From NCBI RefSeq assembly GCF_009914755.1, contig NC_060926.1: a stretch of DNA of 64,000 nucleotides; one strand, written 5' to 3'. How positions within the stretch are numbered: position 1 is the stretch's first letter; every line of letters begins with the position of its first letter. The notes under the pieces are model-generated. The model had not been told where the DNA came from. It ran no database searches and saw only the letters and a program-made list of their open reading frames with translations. The position numbers were made by a program, and so were the translations under genes. Of the stretch, positions 14,688-27,947 are shown piece after piece. The DNA is from the human T2T-CHM13v2.0 reference genome, Homo sapiens.

Positions 14688-16177
14688 TTATCAGCTGAAA
14701 AGATAAGAAGTGATAGTTGGAGGTACTTGAAATTGAGATACTGGTGGCATAGTTATTGGTAATGAAAAAATATTTTTTATGACAACAGGAAATACACATA
14801 TATGTGTGAAGACAAGATCATTGCAAAAGAGGTACAATTATCCTGCATGCTTGCATATTAAGGTCATAATGAGGTCATCTATGAGGATACTGAAGTCACT
14901 GAAACTGATGACATAGTGCTGAGTTCGTAACAGTAAGTCAGGGGCAAAAATCTTCCAGGAAAAGAAGGCAGTGGGCTGAGACTGCAAATATTGTTGCAAA
15001 TAGGTGGAATAAGGAGAATGAATAATAATGTTGGTGTTTACCAATAATAGTATATCACTATTTTGGAAAAGCCTTGAGAAAATAGAAAATCAGATATAAA
15101 TTTTGACAAGAAAGTTTTTGACTAGGCAGTAAGACACCAATATTTAATTATTAGTCAGTGGATATTCATATAACTATAAATTATGACAAGCATTTAGTAA
15201 ACTTTGCTTTTCCCTATCAGGGGCATACAACACATTGCCATCTATGAAGGTGACCACTAGATTCATAACTAGATAGCAAAGAGCTGTTTCATTATATCAA
15301 TAAGAATTGAAAGAACCAAAGTAGAGCTGAGTCCATAAAAGGGAAGTAGGAAAGCATTTAGAAAAAAACATCTTAATTATACATATTTTTCCATATGGTT
15401 GTTTGGTTAAAGCTGTTAGTCGTTAGTGCCTCAATATGGGGAAATAAATTAGTGATTTCTAAAGGACTTCAGCCTTGTATTAAGTGATAACTTTACTAAA
15501 TACTCATCTTTATTATTTTTAACTTAATAAATGCATCTATTTTATGATAGCTTCTCCTTATTATTTCATATACATTCTTGCTTTTACCACATTCAACAGT
15601 ATCCAATTCTCTTTCAGAAGTACAACTTTACAGGTAAAATTAAAAAGCTGGGAATGGCTGCTATTTACTATCTCTATCTTATGCAAATTAAGCCATAAAG
15701 GAGTAGTAAAACAAATGGCAGTTTTACATTGAATAAATCTTGAAGCTAAAGAAAGCTGGGAATAAGAACCATGGAATTTGCTTAGGTGGTTAAAGCGATT
15801 AAGGTTAACGCCCTCTGTATGCATTACAGACTCTGTCTAGTCATCTGTGTCTGAGTATAGAGTAATCTAATGAATCAATCAGATCCTACATTTCAGCTCA
15901 GCTGGTGGAGGGATAACAATAAAACTTGTGGGACAGAATTGTTCTATTGATCCCGCCTTAATCTAATCTCCCCTGCAGTATCTACTGATCACTGGGTGTC
16001 CACCCCTGCAGGACTCTTGCCCTAAAGTAATGACAGCTGAGGTTGTTATTAGGTCAACAATGCTTGCTAGCTCTCTCATTAAGTCCTGTCATCCATTATC
16101 AGAATACAGCCATCAAAAACATGACAGCAAGCACTTCTCATGAGTTTGAACCATTCTATAAGAAAAACAGAACTGAA

Positions 16178-16218
16178 TACACACACACACACACACACAC
16201 ACACAAAACAAACACACA
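16178..16218. repeat. (CA)n microsatellite
   Basis: Directly visible. Confidence 0.95.
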
Positions 16219-17965
16219 TACGCACATTTTCTAGTCTAGGTTTATTGATAGGAAAAGATCTTGGTGCCAAATCATGTAAGAAAAAATATCTAATTCCCTC
16301 TTTCACATCGATCAAATTAGAATTGCAGGAGTCAGAAGTTGAAAACGTAGGTGCCTTCTTACCTTCTATTTTTTAAAAATCGCTTTATTCAAGACATTGA
16401 TTATCATTTTTAAAAGGAAATAGAAGCTCATTTCAGTGACAGTATGACCTTCAATAATGCCAGACTCCTGCTGCCTCTAAAATGGCTTTTATGTTTCAAG
16501 GGGATTTTTTTTTTCTTTCTTCAGCTAAGATTTAAAACTACAGTTGTGAGATCAGGTGTCTTGTAGAAAGAGATTCAAAAAGAAATACTGTAATACTTCT
16601 AGTTAATAATTTTGAGGATAAAAAAACTAAGCAAATTATTGGCATGTTTATTCAGTGTGCAAATGTAATTTCTGCATTATTTTTAATAAAGGGAACTACT
16701 AAACAAAATCAGTGGAGAGTAAAGCTATTATTTAATTATAAAGTATAATCAATATGTATAAATGTTAAAGTTGTGGTGTATTCCCCATTGAGGATTACGT
16801 ATCATTTTAATGAGGCTTGGAAAAATCCACTATTTTGATTGGAAGTCTTCAATGTAATATAAAAACCTTAAAAATGGTATTATTATTCTTAAAATCTTTG
16901 AAAATTTAAGAACATTTTAAAACATTGACTTCTTCATTTGTGTCTAGTTACAAAAAGTGTAATAAATATGTTGAAAGGGGGCTAATGACACCTAGGCATT
17001 TAACATTCTTATTTTAAGACGTTTATGAACTACAATTAGACAATTACTGCTAATTGGTATGCTAGGATAATAGAACTATTAGTGTATAAGAGAGTTAGCA
17101 ATATGTTGAATGTATGGCATTCATCCAAGGATCAGTGGCGCTGATGTTTTCTTTGCTCTTTTTTGTTAACATTGAATAAAGAATCACTCTTGCTCTTCAT
17201 CAGCTCCAAAAGTGATTTTGCTTACAATTTTCACTAGTTCATGTTTTACACTATTCATGTTTATGTCTTCGATATATTGCTTTTTTCCACAGTTGAAGGG
17301 AGTTAAACAATTTATTCACTGAGAGCTAAAACCTAAAGCCAACCTTGCAAACTAAACTGTGAGGACTTTTTGTATTTTGAAAGTTCTTTCTCTCTTCTTA
17401 AATTGTGGAACTATTTTTGAATACATTTTTATAACAAAATCATGCTTAAAATCATGAATGCTTTCTAGGGATATGACCATCATGTTAATACTGTCATTAT
17501 CTCAAATGTGAAGGCAGCCTGAATTATGTGTGAAAGACAGGATGAAGATAACCAGGTGTATTCAAATATAGCAATGGACACAAGATAGAGAAAGATCTGT
17601 ACCAGTAATACTAAACTGTTAAAAAGGAGATTAAAATATCTAGTGGTCTCTTCTATATTCTTCTTAATATGTAATGTTATTTAGACCATTTAGAAGGAGT
17701 TAATTAATATAAATGAATACATTCCTGTTGGCTCTGATTTACAGTTACAGGGCTAGAAAACTGTCTTAAGAACAAGAAACAACTATGAACACATCTATTG
17801 TAAGATATTCAAAGATACTGACTTCCTCATGGACAAACCAAATGAAGCAAGTTAGTCCCTAAAGGCAGTAATAAGAATTGCTAGATACTCTCCATCATCT
17901 GAGCTACAATATTCAACATTACAATTTCTCTAGAAAAGTTTGCTTCATTTAACTTGGTTTCCCCT

Positions 17966-18001
17966 ACACACACACACACACACACATACACACACACACA
18001 C
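17966..18001. repeat. (CA)n microsatellite
   Basis: Directly visible, one TA interruption. Confidence 0.95.
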
Positions 18002-18493
18002 TTTTCAGAATGAATAGTGTAGGATTCTGAGATATAATTTTGCACATAACTCAATACCCAAGAGCACTTCTTTATTCCAATGTTAAAAGACTCATTTTAG
18101 GCCAACATTAACATTGCTGCATTATGCTGTAAAATGTCAGGCATGTTCTGCTTTAGAGTCATCTTAATAGACCCGTCTTCCTTGCTAGTTATTCATGGCT
18201 TCTAACACCAATAGAAATGCAATGCCTAGAAGCATAATGACATGCCTTAAGAAAATATTACTTGTGCCATCATTCATTAATTCACTCAATGATAGATGCA
18301 CCCATTTACGATGAATTTAACCATAGGTCATTAAGGCAGCTATAATTTTTTTGAAAACATTATTTCCTCCACTAATCCAAATCTGCTATATAATTATTAC
18401 ATTCAAATTATTCCTTTTTCTGGATCTGTGTCCATTTGTCTAAATGAGCCGTGGTTTTCCCCCACCTCTGGCCATGCATCACCTGTGTAGCAC

Positions 18494-18534
18494 TTTTTTT
18501 TTATTATAGTTTAAGTTCTAGGGTACATGTGCAC
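18494..18534 (-). mobile_element. Ultra-short L1PA 3' terminal insertion (~40 bp)
   Basis: 'ttttttttttattatagtttaagttctagggtacatgtgcac' is the reverse complement of the last ~30 nt of L1PA plus tail; right flank 'gcactgttttaa' provides a TT/AAAA endonuclease site. Confidence 0.8.
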
Positions 18535-18827
18535 TGTTTTAAAGACGGTTGTTAGAAACCCATTTCATTAAATAAAGAGCACCCTGGACTGAGGGCTAGA
18601 TTTTGGTGTGGTTTTTAAAATCCAGAGGTGTTTGTCTTCTCTTTTAATCCACAAAGTCTTATTTTATTCTTTTTTTTGAATTATAGTTTGTTTTTATTAC
18701 AAACATGGAAAACAAGAAAGGGAGAAAACATTAAATATCTCACCAAAATTTTTTCCAGTCTTCAGCTACAAAGATTGCAAGTCTAAACAATGTGTCATGC
18801 ATCTTTCTGGGCTATTTCTATATATTC

Positions 18828-19840
18828 TACAAAGAGAAGAATTTTACAGCTGGGCTGCTGGGGGTGACATCACATATCAGCAGGTTCCATGATGCCCACC
18901 TGAGCCACAAAACCAGCAAGTTTTTATTAGGGATTTTAGATGGGGGGTGGTGTACAAACAGGGAGTAAGTCACAAAGATCACATGCTTCAAAGGGCAATA
19001 AAAGATCACAAGGCAGAGGCAAAAATTAGAATTACTGATGAGGGTCTGTGTCCCGCTGTGCATGCATTGTCTTGATAAACATCTTAACAGGAAACAGGGT
19101 TTGAAAGCAGACAACCAGTCCGACTAGAATTTACCAGGCTGGAATTTCCCAATCCTAGTAAGCCTGAGGGCACTGCAGGAGAAGAGGGCATCTTTCAGTC
19201 CTATCTTAACCGCCTAAGACAGACACTCTCAGAGCAGCCATCTGTAGACCTACCCCCAGGAATGCATACCTTCCCCAGGATTACTCCATGCTGGGAAAAG
19301 AATTCAGCGATATTTCTCCTATTCACACATCCATGTATAGGCTTTCTGTGAGAAGAAAACTATGGCTCTATTCTGCCCAACCCTGCAGGCAGTCAAACCT
19401 TATGGTTATCTTCCTTTTTTCCCTGAAAATCGCTGTTATTCTGTTCTTCTTCAGGGTGCACTGACTTCATATTGTTCAAACACCCATGTTTTACAATCAG
19501 ATTTCATATTGTTCAAACACACATTTTACAAACAATTTGTACAGGTAACACAATCATCACAGGGTCCTGAGGTGACATACATCCTCAGCTTAGGAAGATA
19601 ACGTGATAAACAGATTAAAGACAGGCATAAGAAATTATAAGAGTATTAATTGAGGAAGTGATAAATGTCCATGAAATCGTCACAATTTATGTTCAGAGAT
19701 TGCAGTAAAGACAGGCATAAGAAATTATAAAAGTATTAATTTTGGGAACTGATAAATGTCCATGAAATCTTCACAATTTATGTTCTTCTGCCACTGCTTC
19801 AGATGGTCCCTCCATTCAGGGTCCCTGAATTCCCGCAACA
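18828..19840 (-). mobile_element. MER11 (HERV-K11/HML-8) solo LTR, 3' end missing
   Basis: Right end 'cagggtccctgaattcccgcaaca' is the reverse complement of the MER11 start; internal duplicated 'ataaatgtccatgaaat...cacaatttatgttc' blocks; left end stops at 'tacaaagag' without a CA terminus or TSD. Confidence 0.9.
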
Positions 19841-19882
19841 AATGAGTAAGTTAGTTGCCTGATCTCAAGGATATTTTAATGT

Positions 19883-19912
19883 TGTGTGTGTGTGTGTGTG
19901 TGTGTGTGTCTG
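19883..19912. repeat. (TG)n microsatellite
   Basis: Directly visible. Confidence 0.95.
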
Positions 19913-20235
19913 TGTTGCACAGAAATAGTACAAGGTTATGAAATAGAATGGCCATAAACTAAGTAGATGAGAGATATATTTAAAATAAGACTTGAGCTTT
20001 CAGAAAAAATAAGAGGCCTCTTCTAACTGTGTCTAACTATGTACAAAAGTAACATTGAGTTGGATTATGAAATAGGGGATCGTGGAAGAAATAAATATGA
20101 AGATAGTCTTAAAAGCTTGAGGAGTACAGTTTGACAGGGGAATAGGGATAGAGATGGGAGAAATTCAAGTTACCACTGATAGGGCAGTTTAGATCACAGA
20201 GAGGCTTATGAATGTCAAGTACCAGAATTTGAATT

Positions 20236-20273
20236 TTATTTTAGCATATGGTAGTTATTTTAGCATATGGTAG
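20236..20273. repeat. Perfect 19-bp tandem duplication
   Basis: ttattttagcatatggtag x2. Confidence 0.95.
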
Positions 20274-21679
20274 CCAAACAAATGTACTACATTTAAGAAC
20301 TTTGTTATGCGTCTTTTAATGTAAACTGAAGGAGACTATCAAGAATAAATACCTATTCCATTTATTAAATATTTAAACATTATTCTTATTAGGTAGAATT
20401 GTTTAAAAGAGGGAGAGATTAAGTAAAACATAGTAAAATGTATATCTTCTAAAGGCATTGGTTTAGTCATTCTGCCTTTCCCTTTATTTATTTGACAAAG
20501 GTATATGAAATAAAATTTAGAAATTTCAAATGCATTAGGAAAACAAATGGAGGTGTCAGCTCTCTGCACACACCATTTCATGCTCACCTAGAGTGGACAA
20601 TGAACAAACTGTCATCCATCACGTTTGTTTGCCTTGTAAGATACACTCAAAGTGTCCAGACACAGTGGTTTCTTTGCTGTAAATGCTGTTTAATAAAATT
20701 GTTTCTTCACTTGCTACACCTGCTATGTTCTGACAGTAAATAGTGCTATCTACCTAGTAAAATCAGCGACATTAGGAAGCTAAGCAGATGTTTTAGGGCA
20801 CAGAAACAAATCTTATCATGAGTGAGTTAAAAAATGAATTTTAACACCAACTTGTCATTTTGCTCATTTTTTTTTTCTTCTTGATCTGTCTTGTAATTAA
20901 AGGGACAGAGTGCAATGGTTTGAATATGGAGAGACTTCTAAAATATGACACCTTGGTAGGGGCATTTTGTAGACTGTCTGATTCACAGACGCACTTTCTT
21001 GTACTTTAGCTCGAGAAAATTTGTAATTCAAAAAGCCTCAAGAAAGAGTTCTTGCACTGATATACTTTGATACAGATTATCTCCATAAAAATGTTACCAC
21101 ATGAGACTTTGGAGTGTCCGGAGTAATAATTAAACATAGCACTTTGCATTTCAGCAACAACTGATAGATTCTTCCATCATCCTTTAGAGCAGGAAGGCTA
21201 GAATTTGTTATTTCTCTGATACAGAAAAGTCTTTCAAGTGTGATAGAGATTATTCTATTACATCTTTAATATAATTCTATAACCACACCGGACATGTGGA
21301 ATTTATCATTTCACCTATTTGAGAAATAGAAAAATAAAGGCATGCTGATGAAATACATGAAATTATTATTACATAAAATATGTAGAAAGAAGAGTATGGG
21401 ATTCCATATTAGAAAATCAGTACTCAATTCAGGTTCTGCCATTTACTAGTTAGGTTATCTCAGTGGATAGTCAAATGTCTGGATCTTTTCCTCATGTATA
21501 AAAAATTCATAGAATGCTCTCAGAATGAAATAAGTAGTACAAAGCATGTGGCTTAACTTACTCTTCCTAAACAGGTAATTCAAAAGTTTCGTGTTTAGAA
21601 GATAATTGATCACATTCACTTAATATTTTAGGTTACCTATAATCTTGAGGAATTTAACAAAAATTATATATTGTATTGA

Positions 21680-22070
21680 TTTGACCAATATTTATTGTGT
21701 TTCTGTTTTGTGTTATGTACTTTTCTTGGCACTAAGGATAAGGCAGCGAATAAAATAGATTATCAGCTTTTGTAGCGCTCCTGTTCTAATAAATGCAGAG
21801 CCACAGCAAGGTAAACTAACAAAATACAATATTTGAGGTGATAATAAGTTTTATGAAAAAAAGGTTAAGCAGGTTAAGGGAGGAGGGAGTGACATAAACT
21901 AGAGGTAAATATTAATTTAGAATAAACCTGTTAAGAAAAGAAACTCAGATTAGAAAAACAATTGAGCAAAGACCCAAATGAAGCAAGTATTGTAAATATT
22001 AGAGATCATTCTTAAGCAAAGCAAATGAGCATAAACTGGGCCTTAGGTGAAAAAGGCCCTGGCATGTTTA
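21680..22070 (-). mobile_element. L2 3' end fragment
   Basis: 'ccaatatttattgtgtttctgttttgtgttatgtacttttcttggcactaaggataaggcagcgaataaaataga' is a typical antisense L2 tail. Confidence 0.65.
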
Positions 22071-25000
22071 TCTCCCTCGTATTCTATTAGGTACTACATT
22101 GCTTGCCCCAACAGGTCTTAAAAGGTATTAATTAAAAAGCAAGCACACTGAAGTCAGAAAAAGCTTCATGATGCAATCATGTCAAAAGTTCTAGGTAGCA
22201 GACTAATGCACAGGATGAAAAGTCCATACACATCTCACATACAGAATATTTAAGTTCAATGAATAAATTTCATTAGACTATACCACTCAAGGATTTAAAT
22301 GTTGGAGCACTAAAGAATCTTAGAAATTATAGTGAAGGAATTATTAACCCCCAAACTGTAATTACTTTGTGTATATGTATTTAAAATTAATCTTTTCTGA
22401 TTTCTTCAACTTTTTCATATACCGTTTTCCTCTAGTATATTTAGCTTTTGTTTTGTTTGTGTTTTGCATATTTGTTTTTTATTTTGGTTATTGTTTTTGT
22501 TTTAAGTAATAGAGACGTAATGACCTACAAGATGAAATCTGAGACATGCATGCATGCATATAGGTATACAATTTGTTAGGTAGCGATAAAGTCATACCTT
22601 CCCAGACTGTAAAATTTTAAAAGCTCTGATACTGTCTTTCTTCTGAAAGAGTCTATTTTGTAGATGATGTTATTTCTGGCCACATTTTGCCTTAATTTAT
22701 GGATTTTGGTGTGATATATATAATACACTAGAAATCAGCTCTACTCAATATGTAGCATTGTGTCTAATGTCCTTTTCTTTCTTTTATCACCTATATTTTT
22801 ACTTTCAGGTACAAGATTTCTATCTGGTATGGATAACAAACAAATCACAATTTTTTCACTCTGTAGGAATTAGGCTGATGGAAAAGAGCTTGCATTTCTG
22901 TGTTTTCAAATTCTGTTTTATGGTAGCCTCATAATATAATGCAGGGAGAGACAGTAAAGTCTGTGGAAAGGGCTGTTCTTAAAGCCAGGAACTTGAGTAT
23001 CCTTATGTTTGCTGCTGACTAACTTGAGCAAGTCATAACTTTCTGAGCTTCAGTTTTCTCATCTAGGATATGAGGTCCTTTGAGTGTTTCTACACTTTAT
23101 CCCTCTATGATTCTGTAACATTTAAGAAGACTCATAGTTATTCTGTTGTGTTGACTATTACATGTTTCAAATAATTTCAGAAACCCAAATATAACGTTGA
23201 ACACCAGTTATACCTTGACATTCTCAACTTCATATCTAGAATTGACTATCATAATGTGTGAATATGATTTAACATTTTCAACTTATCTACTCACAAATGG
23301 GGGTAGGTGCCCTACACTCATATTTTATTTACCTTTGTACCAACCTAATGTGACCTGTTTTATTAGTTTGAACTGTTTTTACCCTTAGTTATTATATTTT
23401 TCTATACATCTACTTTGTCTTCATTATGAGATTGTAAACTTTATGAAGATAATGAATATAACTTTTTGTTACAGCCTGTGATTTTCAGCATAATGTGCAA
23501 AGCAGTCACATACAAATAAGTACTTGGATGGATGCTTATTTAACCAAGGACACTGAATAACAATTATTTTTAAGTTGGTCTTACTAGGACATTCATTTAC
23601 TATGGTTGTCAGGTAAAAGGGCCATATACAGAAATCCAACCACAAATCTAGTGATACATTTCCTTAGACATCTTACATTCAAAATCAATTTGTGTCTTAT
23701 TAAATTAAGGGGAAATAAGTCAGGTAATGTCATGTCATGTAAATACCTGAGCTTACCAATATTTCTATAGAAACTTGATTTAATGTAAATATCATTGTAC
23801 AAAAAAGCTAGCTTAAAGCAAATAAAAATGGGATAGGAGGGGGAAAAAGGATTTTATCTAAAACTATTACTCTATCAGTCTCTTCTTTCATATTTTCTCC
23901 AGAATAAAATCACTATTTCAAAGGCAATATGGCATAAGAATACACATCCTTTGCTAGCATAAGATTACATTTACTCATTTATTTAATTGTTTTTTTTTTC
24001 TGATAAATTCCACTTATAGGCTAGGGTAAGAGTAAACAAAGTTCTTTGTTCTTCTAATATATTTCTTCTTAGAAATTCTGTCCTAGAAACAGAAAGCTGA
24101 GCTTATGTTAATCTTGATTTGTTTGCATTTTTAAAAATTTCAGTAAACAAATGCATAAGAATTATAAAAACAAGTAATAAGCAATTCTATTCACTTTTTA
24201 ATGCCCATAGAAGTTTGGTAGTTGAAATTCATTTTAAATATAATTGTGTTGCAGACTGCCATTTCATTTACATTTTTAGAGTACTTTCAGATAAACTTTT
24301 GACCACTTTCTCTTTATGAAAAATAGAAAAAACTGCTAGTAGTCATTCACACCACCAGACATAACTTATTGTTAACAACAAGAACAAAAAGTCTCAATTT
24401 AATCATTCTTTTTTATACAAATGGATTTTTTTAAAATCATTGTTAGGATCCTACTAGCTGGATGTCCTCTTGTGGCTTAAGTAGGTATCAGATATTTGAA
24501 TTTAATTATCTTCCTGGTACCTACAATTTATTCTCTGTGGGGTTTAAGCCTATACGAATTATTCACTTTTTGAACTAGTTATATGTTTTCATAACCAAAC
24601 ACAAAGATATATGCTTGTTGATCATTTAATCTGAAGAACTGTATGAAAGTTAACTGATTTAGAATATATTTGTAACATGATAGATGATCATTTAATATAT
24701 GTGGAAATATTCTTCTCCTCTTTCCAGATTACTTCAACCTCCTACTTCTTTTTACTACCATAGTTTATTAATGACAAGGAGGAAACAATGAACTAAGGAT
24801 AGAGTGAAAAAATTGAAAGATGTAAAATATGTTATTTCCTGAATAATAGTTGGATTATTTGGGGAATATGTTCACTCATTCCATTAAGATTTTATCCCCA
24901 GAATCATCCTCAAAATATGGGTTGTCTGTGTATTATATTCTCCTTTATCAACATAGTGATAGAATACTTTCTCATAGGGTAATTTTAAGTGTCAGATGAT

Positions 25001-25660
25001 TCTAAATATCATAATCAGTAAATAATGTTATTAGATATTGATATTATATTATCATTATCATTAATATTACTGGGCTTGTTATTATATGGCAAATTCAGTT
25101 ATTTACATGAGAATAATCATTTTGGCGATTTTGGAACAATGATTTAAGTAAACTTCTGGCTGAAAGAAAAGAGATGGCTCTGACCATCAAATGGTACAAT
25201 TTCCTGTGGTTTATAACATGTACACATACCAGTGTTGGGTTGTGTTTTCCTCTTCATTTTACCATATGCCTTTTAGCTTTCTTCGTTTTATGAAATAATT
25301 TCTCACTCAAGTATTTTTTTGACATTCATATTTTTTCATCTGTATAAGAAAAGAGTTATGTGAGTTAAGGAAATAACGCATTTCTCTTTGTTCATACCTC
25401 TATGGATGACCTTAGCCTCCCCACACCTCGAGTGGGACAATTCCTGTATGCTCAAGTTTCTAACCAATTATATGACATCTTCCTATTGATTTCCTTTCTA
25501 TTCTGGTACTTTGTAAATTGAAACTTGCTTTTATTCTTCTGGGAATATTTTCCCTATCGTTAACAGTAACTTATGTTTCCCAAACTAGTTTACTATGATT
25601 ACGTAGGTAAATCCTTTCAGTTCTTCCTGAAAAAGGTTGTCACTACAATCTGCATTTTTA

Positions 25661-25695
<35 letters not shown>

Positions 25696-25720
25696 GCACT
25701 TCAATAATATATATATATTT
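25661..25720. repeat. (TG)n(TA)n compound microsatellite
   Basis: Directly visible. Confidence 0.9.
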
Positions 25721-27335
25721 ACTCATCATCACTATTAGAGGACATATATATATAAAACAACATATATAAATAATATATAATAAGTATACATAACAACATT
25801 TAGAATATCTACCTATTGATTGTTAGTTCTAACTTGTTTATACTTACTAACTCATTTATAATTATAATTAGTCCACAAATAACGTTCTACTATCATCTTC
25901 ATTTTATAGGAAAATTGAGTCACAGGGTGGCTAAGTGAATTCCCTGTGACAAAAGAGGGGGAAAAGTTGGAAAAATAACACAGTCTAAATTCACTCAGTA
26001 AAAGTATATGATTACATGGTTGTCAAAAAGCTGACTATGACCTAGATTGCTATATATATATATGCTATACTCTTTATGGCATATATTTTGTAGCACTCCC
26101 TTTAATATCTTGAAATATTATATAATCATAATATAAACAATTTATGTATCTAGTTTAAATAAAATTTATATATTATTCAATCTTTAAAGGAAAACTTGAG
26201 GGAAAATAATTTATAATACACATTATTTTAAGTTTTAAATGCTTGTACTCAAATACGGGAAAAGATTTAAATAAGTATATCTGATTCTTGTATGTATACA
26301 TGCTATACAATCAACATGAGTGGGTCAGGCATATTGTATTGCAGAGTGATACAAGTGTGTTCTATTGGTTGTATGATTTTTCAAAGTGATGAACAACTCT
26401 TGGTAAAACTCCGATTAAAATAAAGTACAACTCCTCTAGTGATTTACACAGTAATTACACTAATGAAAATTCAGCATGTATAACTCAGCAAAATGCCCTT
26501 TGTGTTGACATCAAAAATTAATTTGTTTCTATGTTTAGATAATTACATGCATGTTTCTTATTTCATGAATGAATGCCTAGTGGGATATTTAGAAGATGTG
26601 AGAGATACAGAGTAACACTTTTTTGGGGGTTACTGACCCATGGATTTTATAAAACATAGTATCTTTGGTCCCATTTCATAAAATGCCAACTGCCCTTCCC
26701 CAAATTACTCCTAGACATTTCTAGGACATCATATCTAGAGCATGATATCACACATGCCGAGAACATCCAAATTGGTTGCCTTTTGTCAATGTAACTCAAA
26801 ACTATGTACATTTTTATAAGACACATCTCATGTTTATTTTTCCTTGTGAATTTAGAAAGTATATTAATAAAGCACATACACACTCTCAGGTCAAAAGTTC
26901 ATCCCTTTTATACAATATTGGGTTACTAGAAAATGAATTCTTATATCTTTAAAAGCAGAACAGTTACTGAAGGGAGAAGGAGTAGTCAATAATTTATTGT
27001 GCATTTATTTGAAGTCACGCTTTCAAATGCTAAAGTTGAGCACTCTTCATTTTAAATGCTTTTTGATCTTTTTACTTGCTGTCTTCACCTTTGCTTATAA
27101 AGTAAAATCTAAGGGAGAAGACATGTAACTAGTTTGCTCTTAGTTTGGTAGCAATGTGATAGTAATAAGAAAACAATAATCATCATAATAATTTAACAAT
27201 TAGTACCCAAATTCCTTTTATGAGATAAAATTGTCATTGTTTATGAAAATAACTTCTAGAGCCACCCCAGAGAAGGACTCAGCAAAAGACAATAAAATGA
27301 AGAAAGAGAAAATGTTATACAAACAAGTTACCCAG

Positions 27336-27887
27336 TGTGACGGTTAATTTTAGGTGTCAAATTGACTTGATTAAGGAATACCCAGATAGCTGGTAAAGCA
27401 TTAGCTCTGGATATGTCTGTGAAGATGTTTTCAGAAGAGATTGGACAAAGTCAAGAAGATCCACCTCCACCCAATGAGGAGAGGCATCATCCAATCAGCT
27501 GAGGGCCTGGAATCGAACAAAAAGGCAGAGGATTGGCAAATTCATTTTCTTTGCTGGAGCTGGGACAACCATCTTCTTCTGCCCTTGGACATCAGAACTC
27601 CAAGTTCTCTGGCCTTAAAACTCAGGGACTTGCACCAGCAGCACTCGAGCTTTCCAGGCCTTCAGCCACAGACTGAGTTACACGATTGACTCACCTGGTT
27701 CTCAGCCTTTGGACTACAACTGATTAATGAAATAGCTTCCCTAGTTCTCCAGCTTTCAGACTTTCAGACAGCCTATCGTGGGACCCCTCAGCCCCTGTGA
27801 TTGCATGAGTCAATTCCCCTTATAAATCCCCTTTCATGTATATGCAGCCTGGTAGTTTTGTTTTTCTGAAGAACCCTGAATAAGACA
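27336..27887 (+). mobile_element. MLT2B-like (ERVL) solo LTR
   Basis: Start 'tgtgacggttaattttaggtgtcaaattgac', end 'gaagaaccctgaataagaca'; 5-bp TSD cccag/tccag. Confidence 0.88.
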
Positions 27888-27947
27888 TCCAGGAATTCAG
27901 TGGATGCGTGGACAGAAAGACTAAGATGAGAGTTATGGGGACACAGC

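Larger units (their letters stand above)
12950..15030 (-). mobile_element. L2 LINE remnants, split by two solo LTRs
   Basis: Purine-rich antisense L2-like text that resumes on both sides of the LTRs (e.g. 'gactcttctaagagcttttgatataaaagaagtggagaattaggg'). Approximate limits. Confidence 0.5.

Noticed and set aside
19470-19790. Internal direct repeats
   Set aside because: Normal internal duplications of the MER11 LTR.
22770-22832. Plus-strand acceptor 'tttttactttcag' followed by GTACAAG, or an 18-nt segment and GTATGG
   Set aside because: Donors are weak and such sites arise by chance in T-rich DNA; no supporting neighbouring exons.
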